Position numbers and translations under genes: made by a program. Below, one piece after another: positions 32,741 through 43,467 of a stretch of 64,000 nucleotides of DNA. Origin of the DNA: an uncultured Gammaproteobacteria bacterium. GTDB lineage: Bacteria; Pseudomonadota; Gammaproteobacteria; QNFE01; CAZPSE01. The DNA is taken from NCBI GenBank assembly GCA_964589575.1, contig CAZPSE010000004.1:4075-68074 (forward strand), given 5' to 3'. A model generated the notes under the pieces. It saw only the letters and a program-made list of their open reading frames with translations, had not been told where the DNA came from and did no database searches. The first letter of the stretch is position 1, and the number at the start of each line of letters is the position of its first letter.

Positions 32741-32773
32741 AGCCAGTCCATTGTTTATTGAGTGGACTGGCTT
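32741..32773 (-). terminator. Terminator downstream of tRNA-Val
   Basis: AGCCAGTCCA...TGGACTGGCT stem followed by a T tract on the minus strand. Confidence 0.75.
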
Positions 32774-32781
32774 ATAAAAAT

Positions 32782-32858
32782 TGGTAGTCACGAGTGAACT
32801 CGAATCACCGACCCCTACCATGTCAAGGTAGTGCTCTAACCAACTGAGCTACGCGACT
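32782..32858 (-). tRNA. tRNA-Val (GAC)
   Basis: AGTCGCG/CGTGACT acceptor stem, AGCTCAGTTGGTTAGAGC D arm, CTACC-TTGACAT-GGTAG anticodon arm, TTCGA T loop, encoded CCA. Confidence 0.96.
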
Positions 32859-32946
32859 AAAACAAGGTGCGAATTATAGCCATTTAAGGTTTTTTGTCAA
32901 TGAATTTAAGTGTTCTTAATAGGCAAGGGGTCGACGTTTTAGGCAT

Positions 32947-32973
32947 AAAAAAGCCGACACTTGGTCGGCTTTT
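32947..32973. terminator. Terminator after rpmG
   Basis: AAAAAAGCCGAC-ACTTG-GTCGGCTTTT. Confidence 0.75.
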
Positions 32974-32996
32974 AGAAAGCTAAAATTAAAAAAAGT

Positions 32997-33152
32997 TTAT
33001 TTAATTTTAGCTTCTTTATACATTACGTGTTTACGAATGGTTGGATCGTATTTCATTAATTCCAATTTACCCACCATTGTACGTTTGTTTTTTGTGGTGG
33101 TGTAGTAGTGACCTGTTTTAGCAGATGATACTAATTTGATTTTTTCTCTCAT
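32997..33152 (-). CDS. rpmG: 50S ribosomal protein L33 (absent from the ORF track)
   Basis: Manual translation [51 protein letters not shown]. Confidence 0.96.
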   Translation of the reverse strand: MREKIKLVSSAKTGHYYTTTKNKRTMVGKLELMKYDPTIRKHVMYKEAKIK

Positions 33153-33161
33153 TATCTTCTC

Positions 33162-33398
33162 CTAAACCTTTTCGCCACGAGCGCGCATTTCTAAAAGTAC
33201 ATCAGAGATGCCTTTCTTGTCGATAATTCTCATGCCTTTGGCAGAAACTCTTAATTTAATGTAACGTTTCTCATCTTCTAACCAAAAACGATGTGTATGT
33301 AGGTTAGGTAAAAAACGACGACGTGTTCTATTATGTGCGTGTGACACATTGTTACCCGCTACTGGACGTTTTCCAGTTACTTGACATACTCTTGACAT
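33162..33398 (-). CDS. rpmB: 50S ribosomal protein L28
   Basis: [20 protein letters not shown] motifs. Confidence 0.98.
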   Translation of the reverse strand: MSRVCQVTGKRPVAGNNVSHAHNRTRRRFLPNLHTHRFWLEDEKRYIKLRVSAKGMRIIDKKGISDVLLEMRARGEKV

Positions 33399-33551
33399 CG
33401 GGGGGCTCCAAACTCAGGTGTTCTAAAAAAGCGGATTTTATAGTAATAGCTGGAGTCTGGCAAGTTAAAAACCATTTAATTAGCAGAAAGCTTGAAAAAA
33501 AAGCATCAATAGGTAATATCCCATTTCTTTATGTAAAAATATGAGCGCCAA

Positions 33552-33905
33552 ATGGATAAAATTTTCATCAGTGATTTAAAAATTGAAGCAATTATAGGCA
33601 TATATGACTGGGAGCGTGAAACAAAGCAAATAGTTAGTATAGATTTGGAAATGGCCACGGACATTAAAAAGGCTGCAGCATCTGATGATATTGAAGATAC
33701 TATTAATTACAAGGCTATCTCTAAGCACTTAATCGATTTTGTCGGTAAAAGCAGTTATAACTTAGTAGAAACCTTGGCAGAAGAAATTGCCAATATTGTA
33801 AACAATAAGTTTGGTGTATCTTGGGTGAAGGTCGTTTTGCATAAACCCGGTGCATTGCGCGGTGCTACCGATGTGGGCATTATTATTGAACGATCTACAA
33901 AATGA
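33552..33905 (+). CDS. folB: Dihydroneopterin aldolase
   Basis: IIGIYDWER, INYK, LVETLAE, KPGA motifs. Confidence 0.95.
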   Translation: MDKIFISDLKIEAIIGIYDWERETKQIVSIDLEMATDIKKAAASDDIEDTINYKAISKHLIDFVGKSSYNLVETLAEEIANIVNNKFGVSWVKVVLHKPGALRGATDVGIIIERSTK

Positions 33906-34387
33906 TTATTTACATTAGTTTGGGCAGTAATATTAATGCAGAAATTAATATTCGATCGGCTTTAGCCATTATTAAATCGCAATACCCAAACATGAGCATT
34001 TCACCTATGTATCAAACGTCTGCAGTAGGTTTTGAGGGTGATGATTTTTTAAATTGCGTAGCTAAAATTGACAGTGACAAAACACCGCAATATATTTATC
34101 AATGGTTTAGACAAATTGAAATTGAACATGGGCGAGACCGAAACCAGCCAAAGTTTTCTTCTAGAAGTTTAGATATTGATATGTTGACCTATGATGACCG
34201 GTTGCTAGAAACCCAAAACTATTCTTTACCGCGAGATGAAATAACCAAATATGCCTTTGTTTTAAAACCGCTAATGGATATTGCACCGAATGAAATACAC
34301 CCTGTTTATAAAGTCACCTACTCGGTTTTGTGGCAAAATTTTGATGATACGAGTCAAAATATGAAAGAAATAAAGTTTTGTGTATAA
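33902..34387 (+). CDS. folK: 6-hydroxymethyl-7,8-dihydropterin pyrophosphokinase
   Basis: ISLGSNI, FLNCV, RSLDIDML, FVLKPL motifs. Confidence 0.92.
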   Translation: MIIYISLGSNINAEINIRSALAIIKSQYPNMSISPMYQTSAVGFEGDDFLNCVAKIDSDKTPQYIYQWFRQIEIEHGRDRNQPKFSSRSLDIDMLTYDDRLLETQNYSLPRDEITKYAFVLKPLMDIAPNEIHPVYKVTYSVLWQNFDDTSQNMKEIKFCV

Positions 34388-34471
34388 GGTTTTTCTATAT
34401 TAGGCTAGGCTAATATTGATTTTTGTTTGTTAAATGCGTATTATTCTCCGTTTTTTAGTGGAAGAAGTTGT

Positions 34472-34999
34472 ATGCACATTAGGAGAGAGTTTTGGTTGCT
34501 TTTAGCATCATTCGTATTGCCAATTGCTTTAGGAACGGCTTTTTTCTTTGGTAATCCTGGTTATTTTACAAAAAACACGGTCAATTACGGTGTTTTTGTT
34601 AGCCCCATTATTACTACAGAAACAGACGATGTTAAGTTTGTAGAGGAGGCCACTTTACAAGGTATATGGACGCTTGCCTATTATAATGATACGTGTGGTG
34701 AAACTTGTTATCAGGCGATTAAGGATATGAAAACCATTCGTACGCTCACAAATGATAAAATGAGACGAATTCAACGAATGATTTTGATTGATGGTGACGT
34801 GGGTATAAAAGAGTTTGGTTTGCTGGTTGCCAAACCCAGTGCTGTTTTAACTCAAAAGCTGTCTTCTTTTCCTAAAGGTACGTTATTTTTAATTGATCCT
34901 TTAGGAAATATCATGCTTTCTTATGTGCCTAAAGACATCGTGATAAAACGTGTTTTAAAAGACCTGAATCGTTTGTTTAAATATTCAAGAATTGGTTAA
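34472..34999 (+). CDS. Membrane-anchored thioredoxin-like protein of the cox assembly cluster
   Basis: N-terminal TM, CGETC motif, LIDPLGNIMLSY...DLNRLFKYSRIG C-terminus; ATG 34472 preferred. Confidence 0.65.
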   Translation: MHIRREFWLLLASFVLPIALGTAFFFGNPGYFTKNTVNYGVFVSPIITTETDDVKFVEEATLQGIWTLAYYNDTCGETCYQAIKDMKTIRTLTNDKMRRIQRMILIDGDVGIKEFGLLVAKPSAVLTQKLSSFPKGTLFLIDPLGNIMLSYVPKDIVIKRVLKDLNRLFKYSRIG

Positions 35000-35004
35000 C
35001 TGTA

Positions 35005-35889
35005 ATGCCTTCATTAAAAGATTTATTGGGTTTATGTAAACTTAAAGTTGTAGCTTTGTTGTGGCTAACCGCTTTTGTTGGCATGTTGTTGTCTGTTCCA
35101 TACTTTCCAGACGTTTGGTTAATGCTGTATGCCTCTATTGGTATTAGCATGGCGGCGGCATCGGCCGCTGTTTTTAATCACGTTGTTGATGAAAAAATTG
35201 ACAGTATAATGTCTCGAACTGATCAAAGACCTTTGCCGCAAGGTAAAGTGAGTCGTAATCAAGCCTTGGTTTGGGGTGTGTTTTTAGGTGTTATAGGTTT
35301 AGGATTACTGTATTGGAAAGTGAACACCATAACGGCAGTGCTTACTTTTATATCGTTAATTGGTTATGCCGTTGTATATACCATGTACTTAAAACGCGCC
35401 ACACCACAAAATATTGTTATTGGTGGTGCGGCAGGGGCTGCCCCTCCTGTATTGGGTTGGACATCTATTGCTGGCACAAACGGTATTGAATACGCGTTTT
35501 TGTTGTTTTTAATTGTATTTATTTGGACACCGCCACATTTTTGGGCATTAGCAATTCATCGGTATGAAGAATATAAAAAAGTTGATGTGCCAATGTTGCC
35601 CGTTACACATGGCATCCCTTACACGCGTGTGCAAATATTTTTATACACCATATTGTTGATAATTGTCACCATTTTGCCTTATTTGACGGGGATGTCTGGG
35701 GCAATTTACCTTATTTCAGCTTTAATTTTAGGCGGTATATTTTTAGCTTATGCGATTAAAATTTTAAAAGAACCTGATAATCCTACCATTGCATTTGCAA
35801 CATTTTTGTTTTCAATTAACTATTTAATGTTGTTGTTTTTGGCATTAATTATTGACCACTATTTATTATTGCCTTTAGGAGGTTTTTAA
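35005..35889 (+). CDS. cyoE: Protoheme IX farnesyltransferase (heme O synthase)
   Basis: D..MSRTDQRPLP, YLKRATPQNIVIGG, WTPPHFWALA motifs. Confidence 0.96.
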   Translation: MPSLKDLLGLCKLKVVALLWLTAFVGMLLSVPYFPDVWLMLYASIGISMAAASAAVFNHVVDEKIDSIMSRTDQRPLPQGKVSRNQALVWGVFLGVIGLGLLYWKVNTITAVLTFISLIGYAVVYTMYLKRATPQNIVIGGAAGAAPPVLGWTSIAGTNGIEYAFLLFLIVFIWTPPHFWALAIHRYEEYKKVDVPMLPVTHGIPYTRVQIFLYTILLIIVTILPYLTGMSGAIYLISALILGGIFLAYAIKILKEPDNPTIAFATFLFSINYLMLLFLALIIDHYLLLPLGGF

Positions 35890-35890
35890 T

Positions 35891-36082
35891 ATGAGCGATT
35901 TATGGCAAGTGATTAAAGGTGTTAATGCAGCTATGATAGGGGTTGGAAAACGTGAGGATTTGAAAAAAGACTTTGCTAAGGCAGAAAAAAGCGGCGCGTG
36001 GCCTTACATTATTGTGGGGTTTATATACACTTTAGGGTTTATTGGTTTGGTGCTTTTAGCGGTAAAGTTTGCCTTGTCTTAA
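35891..36082 (+). CDS. Small membrane protein (DUF2970-like)
   Basis: AAMIGV....DF...PYIIVG pattern; cox-cluster context. Confidence 0.6.
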   Translation: MSDLWQVIKGVNAAMIGVGKREDLKKDFAKAEKSGAWPYIIVGFIYTLGFIGLVLLAVKFALS

Positions 36083-36152
36083 TACCTATTTTAAGTAAAC
36101 AGTGCATACCAAGGGGTCGACGGTTCGACCCTTTTTTTTGCCTGTTATAAAA

Positions 36153-36836
36153 CTATAAGTTTTCTATAATTAAGTCTAATGCCTCTGCAAGTTTATCGGC
36201 GTAGTGGGGGTTGGTTAATAATGCAGATAGTTCAGAGTTTGGGTTTAGTAATAAAAAGCTGGCGGTGTGGTTCACTAAATAATCGTCGCCATGATTCATT
36301 TGGCTGTGATCCATTTTACTGTGATCCATAGAGGCATTACCTACAACTTTTGCGATTTCATGATAGACACCAAGTGATCGTGTGATAACGGAAAGTTCTT
36401 TTTCATAAGCTGTTAAGCCCATAAAGGTGGGGTTAAACTTAGTAACAAAGTCATTTAGTTTCCCAATGTCGCGTTTAGGGTCTACAGAAACAAAAACGAC
36501 TTGCAATTTTTCTGGGTGTTTCATCAGGTTGACTGTTTGGCTAAGTATGGCTAAATCAACAGGGCAAACGTCTGGACAAGACGTGTAACCAAAATACAAC
36601 AGTGTCCATTTATCGTTATTGTCTGAAAGGTTAACCGATTCTTTGTTGTCATTGATAAAAATAAGTTTGTTTTCTAAACTTTTAGTGTTTGGGTAAAGTG
36701 ATGCGGTAGGTTTTACTTGATCTTTTAATTGACTAAAACTCATTTTTGCATTGCTTATAAAGTAAAAGGCAATTGCTAAAGTAATAGTGGCAGAAAGAAT
36801 AATTAAAATAGTTTTTGTATTGCTTGTGCTTAACAT
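36153..36836 (-). CDS. SCO1/SenC copper chaperone
   Basis: FGYTSCPDVCP, VSVDPKRD and distal His motifs. Confidence 0.92.
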   Translation of the reverse strand: MLSTSNTKTILIILSATITLAIAFYFISNAKMSFSQLKDQVKPTASLYPNTKSLENKLIFINDNKESVNLSDNNDKWTLLYFGYTSCPDVCPVDLAILSQTVNLMKHPEKLQVVFVSVDPKRDIGKLNDFVTKFNPTFMGLTAYEKELSVITRSLGVYHEIAKVVGNASMDHSKMDHSQMNHGDDYLVNHTASFLLLNPNSELSALLTNPHYADKLAEALDLIIENL

Positions 36837-36854
36837 AATGTTCTCTTAATGTTT

Positions 36855-37817
36855 TTAGTGGTTCGGGGTTTTAACTGTTCTATGAATTAGTGCTAAAAGG
36901 CTTATCAGTAGCAGTAATGCAACAGCGTTATGAAGGACGGCGATGGTAATAGGTAATGACAGTACAACGTTTAATATGCCTAACGATACTTGTAGCAGTA
37001 GTAATGCTGCGATAATTTTTAAATTTACGGATAAATATTGGTATTGTTTAAATGCAAAAAGTAAAGCGATTAATAAGCCGGTTATGACTAAAGCGCCTAC
37101 ACGATGAGTCATTTGTATGGTGGTTCTTGCGGTGTTTTCTAATACGCCAAACTCATAGTCAATACCTATTTCTCCCCAATAAAAGGCGTTGTTAAAATCC
37201 GTGGTTGGCCACCACTGCCCCAAGCAGGTAGGAAAATCTGACCCGCAAGAAAGGGCAGCATAATTGGTGCTTGTCCAGCCACCTAAAAAAATTTGTACAC
37301 TAAGGACTATAAGTGAAAAATATAATAACTTTGTATGTTTGTGATCTATCTTTTTTTGAGGTTTATAGGTGAGTACTTGGTTAAATAATAACCATGCCAA
37401 TAAAGCGGCAGTAATAAAACCGCCAATTAGGTGCATAGACACGATGCCTGGGTGAACAAGTTTGGTTACGGTCCACATGCCTAAAGCCCCTTGAAAAGAG
37501 ACCATAAACACTAAAAATGCAGGTAAGGCTATGGTTTGTGGTCGAAGGGGCTTTTTTTTGTAGGCAAGAAAAAACAAAGCTAAAATGACCAAACCCAGTA
37601 TGGATGCTGCATAGCGGTGAATCATTTCTTTCCATGCTTTACCATGCTCTAGTGGGCGGCTGTATGCGTCTGATGCTACATCGGGAACGATTAGTTTTCC
37701 GTAACATCCTGGCCAGTCGGGGCAACCTAAGCCTGCATCGCTTAAGCGCGTATAAGCACCTAAAATAACCACAATTAACACTAGGATAATGGATGTGTGT
37801 AGAAGTTTTTTGAACAT
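36855..37817 (-). CDS. ctaA: Heme A synthase (COX15/CtaA)
   Basis: GLGCPDWPGC, EMIHR, HLIGG, HR and LHN motifs; ATG 37817 preferred. Confidence 0.92.
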   Translation of the reverse strand: MFKKLLHTSIILVLIVVILGAYTRLSDAGLGCPDWPGCYGKLIVPDVASDAYSRPLEHGKAWKEMIHRYAASILGLVILALFFLAYKKKPLRPQTIALPAFLVFMVSFQGALGMWTVTKLVHPGIVSMHLIGGFITAALLAWLLFNQVLTYKPQKKIDHKHTKLLYFSLIVLSVQIFLGGWTSTNYAALSCGSDFPTCLGQWWPTTDFNNAFYWGEIGIDYEFGVLENTARTTIQMTHRVGALVITGLLIALLFAFKQYQYLSVNLKIIAALLLLQVSLGILNVVLSLPITIAVLHNAVALLLLISLLALIHRTVKTPNH

Positions 37818-37920
37818 GCGCCGTCTCAATAATCTAAATTTGGGGGTATTTTAACGGTAAACGGTTTTAAAGCAAAGCAGTTCGCTTTGCTCATAAGTAA
37901 TAGTTTAAGGGGGTTAAATC

Positions 37921-38724
37921 TTAGCTGGTATGAATCATGTCTTTATAAGCATGCCAAGTAGCATGGGCTAATACAGGAACAGCAACAACTAAACCAATAA
38001 AGTAAGGTGTAAATAAACTAGCAACAACTATTATGCCAACAATAGGTATCCAAACGTACATAACAAAATAGTTAGCCATAGATGCTTTTAAACTGGCAGA
38101 AGCTGCCGAAAGGGGGTCAATGTCAGTATCTAAAACCAAAGGGAATGAAAACCAACTAATCATAAATGCTATCCAGCCGATTGTGGCGGCAAAGATAAAG
38201 TACACAACAATAAAAATGGGATTATTAAGGCTTAAAATATCCTCCAAAATGGCTTCTACAATGGGCTGGTTGTGATTGACAAACGTTTCAGTGTTGATAA
38301 CGGCATAAAGCAACGGTGTCATCACCATAAAAACAATGGCGATAAAAATTAAGATAAGCGAAAGATATAAAGAAGGGCATGAACCATCTGGTTTAATTCC
38401 CGATTTAATGACTTTTTCTACAGATTTGATATTTAGCTTTTCGCCTTTTTGTAATCTACGAGAGACATCGTACATGCTGATTGCTGAAATGGGACCAAAA
38501 ACTATAATGACTAATGCAATTAGTGGTGCAGAAACATCCCTTAAACTGGGAGAGTTGGTTAAGTAGTCCCAATAGATATAAGTGAAAAATGCGAATAACG
38601 TTCCATAAAACATGGCAAGTACAGGGCACTGCATAAAATCACTAAACCCTTTTTTTAACCAAGTAAAAGGTGCAAAAAGTGAAACTTTATTAATAGATAT
38701 TTGGATTTTAGCGTTTTCTGGCAT
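37921..38724 (-). CDS. DUF2189-like integral membrane protein
   Basis: WLKKGFSDF, YDVSRR, GLVV..PVLAHATWHAY motifs. Confidence 0.75.
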   Translation of the reverse strand: MPENAKIQISINKVSLFAPFTWLKKGFSDFMQCPVLAMFYGTLFAFFTYIYWDYLTNSPSLRDVSAPLIALVIIVFGPISAISMYDVSRRLQKGEKLNIKSVEKVIKSGIKPDGSCPSLYLSLILIFIAIVFMVMTPLLYAVINTETFVNHNQPIVEAILEDILSLNNPIFIVVYFIFAATIGWIAFMISWFSFPLVLDTDIDPLSAASASLKASMANYFVMYVWIPIVGIIVVASLFTPYFIGLVVAVPVLAHATWHAYKDMIHTS

Positions 38725-38952
38725 GTTATTGGCTTCTATAGGCTTTAGGTGATTTAAAGATGCTAGTGCATATTATTATGCTCCGATTACAACAGATGCA
38801 CTATTTTAAGTCAAATTTGGCATTTCTTATATTTGATGTAAATCAATTGATAAACTATTTTCATTTGATTTAAATCAAGGGTACAATGCGGGCTTGGTTT
38901 TTAGTGCTCTTGTGCTTATAACTTATTGGTATTCAATTTCTTTGGAGGATTT

Positions 38953-40086
38953 ATGAAAAGATTAGTAGCTCTTTTTGGAGTTTTGGTGGCGTTAGCGTCT
39001 ACCAGTGCTTTCGCAGAGTATGGCTTAAACATGACAAAAGGTGTGACTTCGATAAGTCGTGACATTTACGATTTACACATGATGGTTTTTTGGGTTTGTG
39101 TCGTTATCGCCGTTATTGTTTTTGGTGTAATGTTTTATTCTGTTTACGCACACAGAAAATCAAAGGGTCATAAAGCTGCAACTTTTCATGAATCTACTAA
39201 AGCAGAATTTTTATGGACGGGTATTCCAGTAATAGTATTAATCGCAATGGCTATACCTGCAACTAAAACACTAATTGATTTAGAAAATACAGATTCTGCT
39301 GAAATGACTGTAAAAATAACCGGTCATCAGTGGAAATGGCAATACGACTACCCTGAAGAAGGTATTAGCTTTATATCAAACATGTCGACCTCATCTCGTG
39401 ATGCGAGTCGTGACTTTGATGGCGGTTCTAAAGAAGCCCGTCAGGCATTAGATGATAAAGGTGAAGATTACCTATTAGATGTTGATAAGCGTATGGTGCT
39501 TCCTGTTGATACCAGTGTGCGTTTTTTAATTACCGCTAATGATGTTATTCATAACTGGTGGGTACCAGAGTTTGGTGTAAAGCAAGATGCAAACCCAGGG
39601 TTTATAAATGATGCATGGGCTAAAATTGATAAAATAGGTACCTACCGTGGTCAGTGTGCAGAGCTTTGTGGTAAAGACCACGGTTTTATGCCGATTGTTG
39701 TTGATGTAGTATCTAAAGAAGATTACGCAAAATGGGTTATTAAAGAACAAAATGCTAAGCTGGCTATTGCTGAAAGCGCCACCAAAACTTGGTCTGAAGA
39801 TGAGTTAATGGCCAAGGGTGAAATTGTATATAACACCAACTGTGCAGCTTGCCACCAAAAATCGGGTTTAGGTTTGCCGCCGGTGTTCCCTGCAATTAAA
39901 GGCTCTTCAATCGCAAATGGTCCTGCTGCTAATCACATAAGCCTTGTTTTACACGGTAAAGCTGCAATGCCAGGATTTAAAGTATTAAACGATGTTGATC
40001 TTGCTGCAGTTCTTACTTATCAGCGTAAAGCTTATGAAAATACTGGCAGTGTTGTTCAACCTTCAGATGTTAAGTCTGCACGATAA
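38953..40086 (+). CDS. coxB: Cytochrome c oxidase subunit II with C-terminal cytochrome c domain
   Basis: DVIH, GQCAELCGKDHGFM (CuA) and CAACH motifs; ATG 38953 after GGAGG. Confidence 0.96.
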   Translation: MKRLVALFGVLVALASTSAFAEYGLNMTKGVTSISRDIYDLHMMVFWVCVVIAVIVFGVMFYSVYAHRKSKGHKAATFHESTKAEFLWTGIPVIVLIAMAIPATKTLIDLENTDSAEMTVKITGHQWKWQYDYPEEGISFISNMSTSSRDASRDFDGGSKEARQALDDKGEDYLLDVDKRMVLPVDTSVRFLITANDVIHNWWVPEFGVKQDANPGFINDAWAKIDKIGTYRGQCAELCGKDHGFMPIVVDVVSKEDYAKWVIKEQNAKLAIAESATKTWSEDELMAKGEIVYNTNCAACHQKSGLGLPPVFPAIKGSSIANGPAANHISLVLHGKAAMPGFKVLNDVDLAAVLTYQRKAYENTGSVVQPSDVKSAR

Positions 40087-40102
40087 TTAGAGGAGATAAA
40101 TA

Positions 40103-41704
40103 ATGTCTACAGCTACACACGACGATCACGCTCATGGACCTGAAAAAGGTTTAATGAGATGGGTAAAAACAACCAACCATAAAGATATTGGTACGTTATA
40201 CCTTTGGTTTGCATTTACCATGTTATTAATTGGTGGTGCTTTCGCAATGGGTATCCGTGCTGAACTGTTACAGCCCGGTTTGCAACTTATGGAACCGCAA
40301 TTCTTTAATCAGTTAACCACTATGCACGGTTTAATTATGGTGTTTGGTGCAATTATGCCGGCCTTTGTTGGTTTAGGTAACTGGTTAATCCCTATGATGA
40401 TTGGTGCGCCAGATATGGCGTTGCCAAGAATGAATAACTGGTCTTTTTGGATACTGCCCTTTGCTGGTGGTCTTTTACTAAGCACCTTCTTTATGGAAGG
40501 TGGCGCACCTGCATTTGGTTGGACATTCTATGCTCCACTTTCGACAACATTTGCACCAGATAGCACCGATTATTTTATTTTTGCAGTGCATTTATTAGGT
40601 TTCTCCTCAATTATGGGAGCAATTAATATTATTGCCACAGTGCTTAATATGAGAGCATCAACCATGAAATTAATGGATATGCCATTATTTGTTTGGACTT
40701 GGTTAATTACGTCGTTCTTACTTATTGGTGCTATGCCCGTATTAGCGGGTGCTGTAACCATGATGTTAACCGATCGTAACTTTGGCACATCGTTCTTCGA
40801 TGCCGCTGGTGGTGGTGACCCCGTATTGTTCCAGCATATCTTCTGGTTCTTTGGTCACCCAGAAGTTTATATTATGATTCTGCCTGCGTTTGGTGTGGTT
40901 TCTCACATTATTCCTACTTTTGCTCGAAAACCGTTGTTTGGGTATACATCAATGGTATATGCAACCGCCTCAATTGCATTTTTGTCATACATCGTATGGG
41001 CGCACCACATGTTTTTAACGGGTATGCCAGTGGCCGCAGAGCTGTACTTTATGTATGCCACAATGCTTATTGCCGTGCCAACGGGTGTAAAAGTATTTAA
41101 CTGGGTATCCACTATGTGGAGAGGTTCAATGACCTTTGAAACGCCAATGTTGTGGGCAATCTCATTTGTGTTTTTATTCTCTATCGGTGGCTTCTCTGGT
41201 TTGATGTTAGGTATTGCACCTGCTGATATTCAGTATCATGATACGTATTTTGTTGTTGCTCACTTCCACTATGTACTGGTTACAGGTGCGCTTTGGTCAA
41301 TTATTGCAGCTACTTTTTACTGGTTACCTAAATGGACAGGTAAAATGTACAATGAAAAGTTAGGTAAAATCCACTTCTGGTGGGCTGCTATTTCTGTCAA
41401 TGTATTGTTTTTCCCTCAACATTTCTTAGGCTTAGCAGGTATGCCTCGTCGTATTCCTGACTACTCGCTACAGTTTGCTGACTTTAACTTAATATCGTCT
41501 TTAGGTGCGTTTGCATTTGGTGCGTCATTTATATTATTTACTTATATTATTGTAGATTGTATTCGTAACGGAAAACCAGCTACTGCACGCCCTTGGGAAG
41601 GTGCTAAAGGTTTAGAGTGGACATTAGAACCTAAAGCGCAATACCATAGCTTTAATAAAGAGCCTTCAAGAGCATTAATTGAGCAAGAGTCTCAAAACTC
41701 TTAA
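40103..41704 (+). CDS. coxA: Cytochrome c oxidase subunit I (aa3, type A1)
   Basis: FGHPEVY, WAHH, AHFHY motifs. Confidence 0.98.
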   Translation: MSTATHDDHAHGPEKGLMRWVKTTNHKDIGTLYLWFAFTMLLIGGAFAMGIRAELLQPGLQLMEPQFFNQLTTMHGLIMVFGAIMPAFVGLGNWLIPMMIGAPDMALPRMNNWSFWILPFAGGLLLSTFFMEGGAPAFGWTFYAPLSTTFAPDSTDYFIFAVHLLGFSSIMGAINIIATVLNMRASTMKLMDMPLFVWTWLITSFLLIGAMPVLAGAVTMMLTDRNFGTSFFDAAGGGDPVLFQHIFWFFGHPEVYIMILPAFGVVSHIIPTFARKPLFGYTSMVYATASIAFLSYIVWAHHMFLTGMPVAAELYFMYATMLIAVPTGVKVFNWVSTMWRGSMTFETPMLWAISFVFLFSIGGFSGLMLGIAPADIQYHDTYFVVAHFHYVLVTGALWSIIAATFYWLPKWTGKMYNEKLGKIHFWWAAISVNVLFFPQHFLGLAGMPRRIPDYSLQFADFNLISSLGAFAFGASFILFTYIIVDCIRNGKPATARPWEGAKGLEWTLEPKAQYHSFNKEPSRALIEQESQNS

Positions 41705-41799
41705 TGGCTAAAAAAAATACAGGTGTAGTAATAACGGCGACCATTGTTTTTGTCATCGTTATTGCTTTATATGCATTAACTATTTATTTGAACGGATAA
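41704..41799 (+). CDS. 31-aa single-TM protein between coxA and ctaG (absent from the ORF track)
   Basis: ATG overlaps the coxA stop (TAATG); [31 protein letters not shown]; stops 1 bp before ctaG. Confidence 0.7.
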   Translation: MAKKNTGVVITATIVFVIVIALYALTIYLNG

Positions 41800-41800
41800 A

Positions 41801-42322
41801 ATGCAAAGAAAAAAAATATCAAGAAAATTTTGGATCAAGTTAATATCTGCTCCAATTTTAATGTTTTTCTTTGCTTATGCTTTAGTGCCTATCTACGAAG
41901 TTTTATGTGAAATTACTGGGTTTAACGGTAAAACGGGTGTAGTAGAAACTGAAAAGCATTATGTGGTAGATGAAAAAAGGCTGGTTAAGGTTAGTTTTTT
42001 TGCATCAACTATGGCCGGTTTTCCTGTTCAATTTGGATCGAAGGTCGCATCGATGGAGGTAGTGCCTGGTAAGTTTTATACCACCAGTTACATTGCCAAA
42101 AACAATACTGATCAAGTAATTGTGGGGCAGGCAATACCCAGTGTTGCGCCTTCGGATGCTGCCATACATTTTAAAAAATTAGAATGTTTTTGTTTTACCA
42201 ACCAAACATTCCAACCACATGAAGAAGTAGAAATGTCACTTCGGTTTGTGATTGAACCTGATATAAGCGAACACATTAAAGATGTAAGCTTATCTTATAA
42301 TTTTTTTAAACTTAAACAATAA
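41801..42322 (+). CDS. ctaG: Cytochrome c oxidase assembly protein CtaG/Cox11
   Basis: YEVLCEITG, KLECFCF motifs. Confidence 0.95.
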   Translation: MQRKKISRKFWIKLISAPILMFFFAYALVPIYEVLCEITGFNGKTGVVETEKHYVVDEKRLVKVSFFASTMAGFPVQFGSKVASMEVVPGKFYTTSYIAKNNTDQVIVGQAIPSVAPSDAAIHFKKLECFCFTNQTFQPHEEVEMSLRFVIEPDISEHIKDVSLSYNFFKLKQ

Positions 42323-42341
42323 TTTTAAAGAGGAAAGAACA

Positions 42342-43265
42342 ATGAGTGAACAAGCATATTACGTCCCTCAAGGAACATATTGGCCCATTATTGGTTCGAT
42401 AGGCATAACAACATTGTTTGTTGGTTTTGCTAACCAAATGCATGGCGCTAGCTGGGGTGGGTCTGTAATGGTGTTGGGCTTGGCTATTACTATTTTTATG
42501 GTATTTGGCTGGATGGGTCAAGTGGCCAGTGAAAGTGTTGGCAAAATGTATAACGCACAAGTCGATCGCTCTTTTCGATGGGGAATGAGTTGGTTTATTT
42601 TCTCTGAAGTGATGTTCTTTGCCGCATTTTTTGGTGCTTTATTTTATGCGCGTGTTTTAAGTGTGCCTTGGTTAGGTGGAGAAGGTAATAATGTATTTAC
42701 CCCAGATTTATGGAATGCGTTTAGTTCATCATGGCAGTCTATGACGTTTGCAGCACCAGGTACGGTGTTACAGTCTGGTACTGTAATGCACTTTCCTGCA
42801 ATACCTGCTGGTGAAACACTAGCTACTGCAACACCAGGCATGGTGGTTAACCCTTGGGGATTACCTGCACTTAATACGGCGTTATTATTGATTTCTGGTG
42901 TGACTTTAACTTTTGCACATCATGCGCTTCGTTCTGGTGAAAGAAATAAACTTATTTTTTGGTTAATCGCAACTATTGGTTTTGGTGTTGCTTTTTTGGG
43001 TTTTCAAATACTTGAATATGCCCATGCTTACGAAGATGGTTTAAAACTTACGTCTGGTATTTACGGTTCTACTTTCTACTTATTAACTGGTTTTCATGGT
43101 TTTCACGTTACGCTTGGTGTTGTGATGTTAACGGTTATTTTATTTAGAATCCAACTTGGTCATTTTGATAAAGATAACCATTTTGGTTTTGAAGGTGTTG
43201 CGTGGTATTGGCACTTTGTAGACGTAGTATGGTTAGGATTGTTTGTGTTTGTATACTGGCTCTAG
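42342..43265 (+). CDS. coxC: Cytochrome c oxidase subunit III
   Basis: FIFSEVMFF, TGFHGFHV, WYWHFVDVVW motifs. Confidence 0.97.
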   Translation: MSEQAYYVPQGTYWPIIGSIGITTLFVGFANQMHGASWGGSVMVLGLAITIFMVFGWMGQVASESVGKMYNAQVDRSFRWGMSWFIFSEVMFFAAFFGALFYARVLSVPWLGGEGNNVFTPDLWNAFSSSWQSMTFAAPGTVLQSGTVMHFPAIPAGETLATATPGMVVNPWGLPALNTALLLISGVTLTFAHHALRSGERNKLIFWLIATIGFGVAFLGFQILEYAHAYEDGLKLTSGIYGSTFYLLTGFHGFHVTLGVVMLTVILFRIQLGHFDKDNHFGFEGVAWYWHFVDVVWLGLFVFVYWL

Positions 43266-43348
43266 GCCGTAACTAATCAGCTCCAAAGGTGAGCTGATTA
43301 GTTACTTTCATATAATCTGTTATGTGAAAGCCCGTTTAAACAATACTT

Positions 43349-43388
43349 AAAAGCCCCTGTTACTGTAAAGTAACAGGGGCTTTTTTTG
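43349..43388. terminator. Terminator downstream of coxC
   Basis: AAAAGCCCCTGTTAC-TGTAAA-GTAACAGGGGCTTTT; a second 13-bp hairpin at 43271-43303. Confidence 0.75.
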
Positions 43389-43467
43389 CTTATAAGAAAC
43401 GAAAAGAATTGTCGGTATTTGATAAAATAACGCCATTCAATTACCAAAATCATTTTCTGAGGTTTTT

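Noticed and set aside
32782-32935. Island integrated at tRNA-Val
   Set aside because: No integrase, no duplicated tRNA 3' end, and the flanks are core genes
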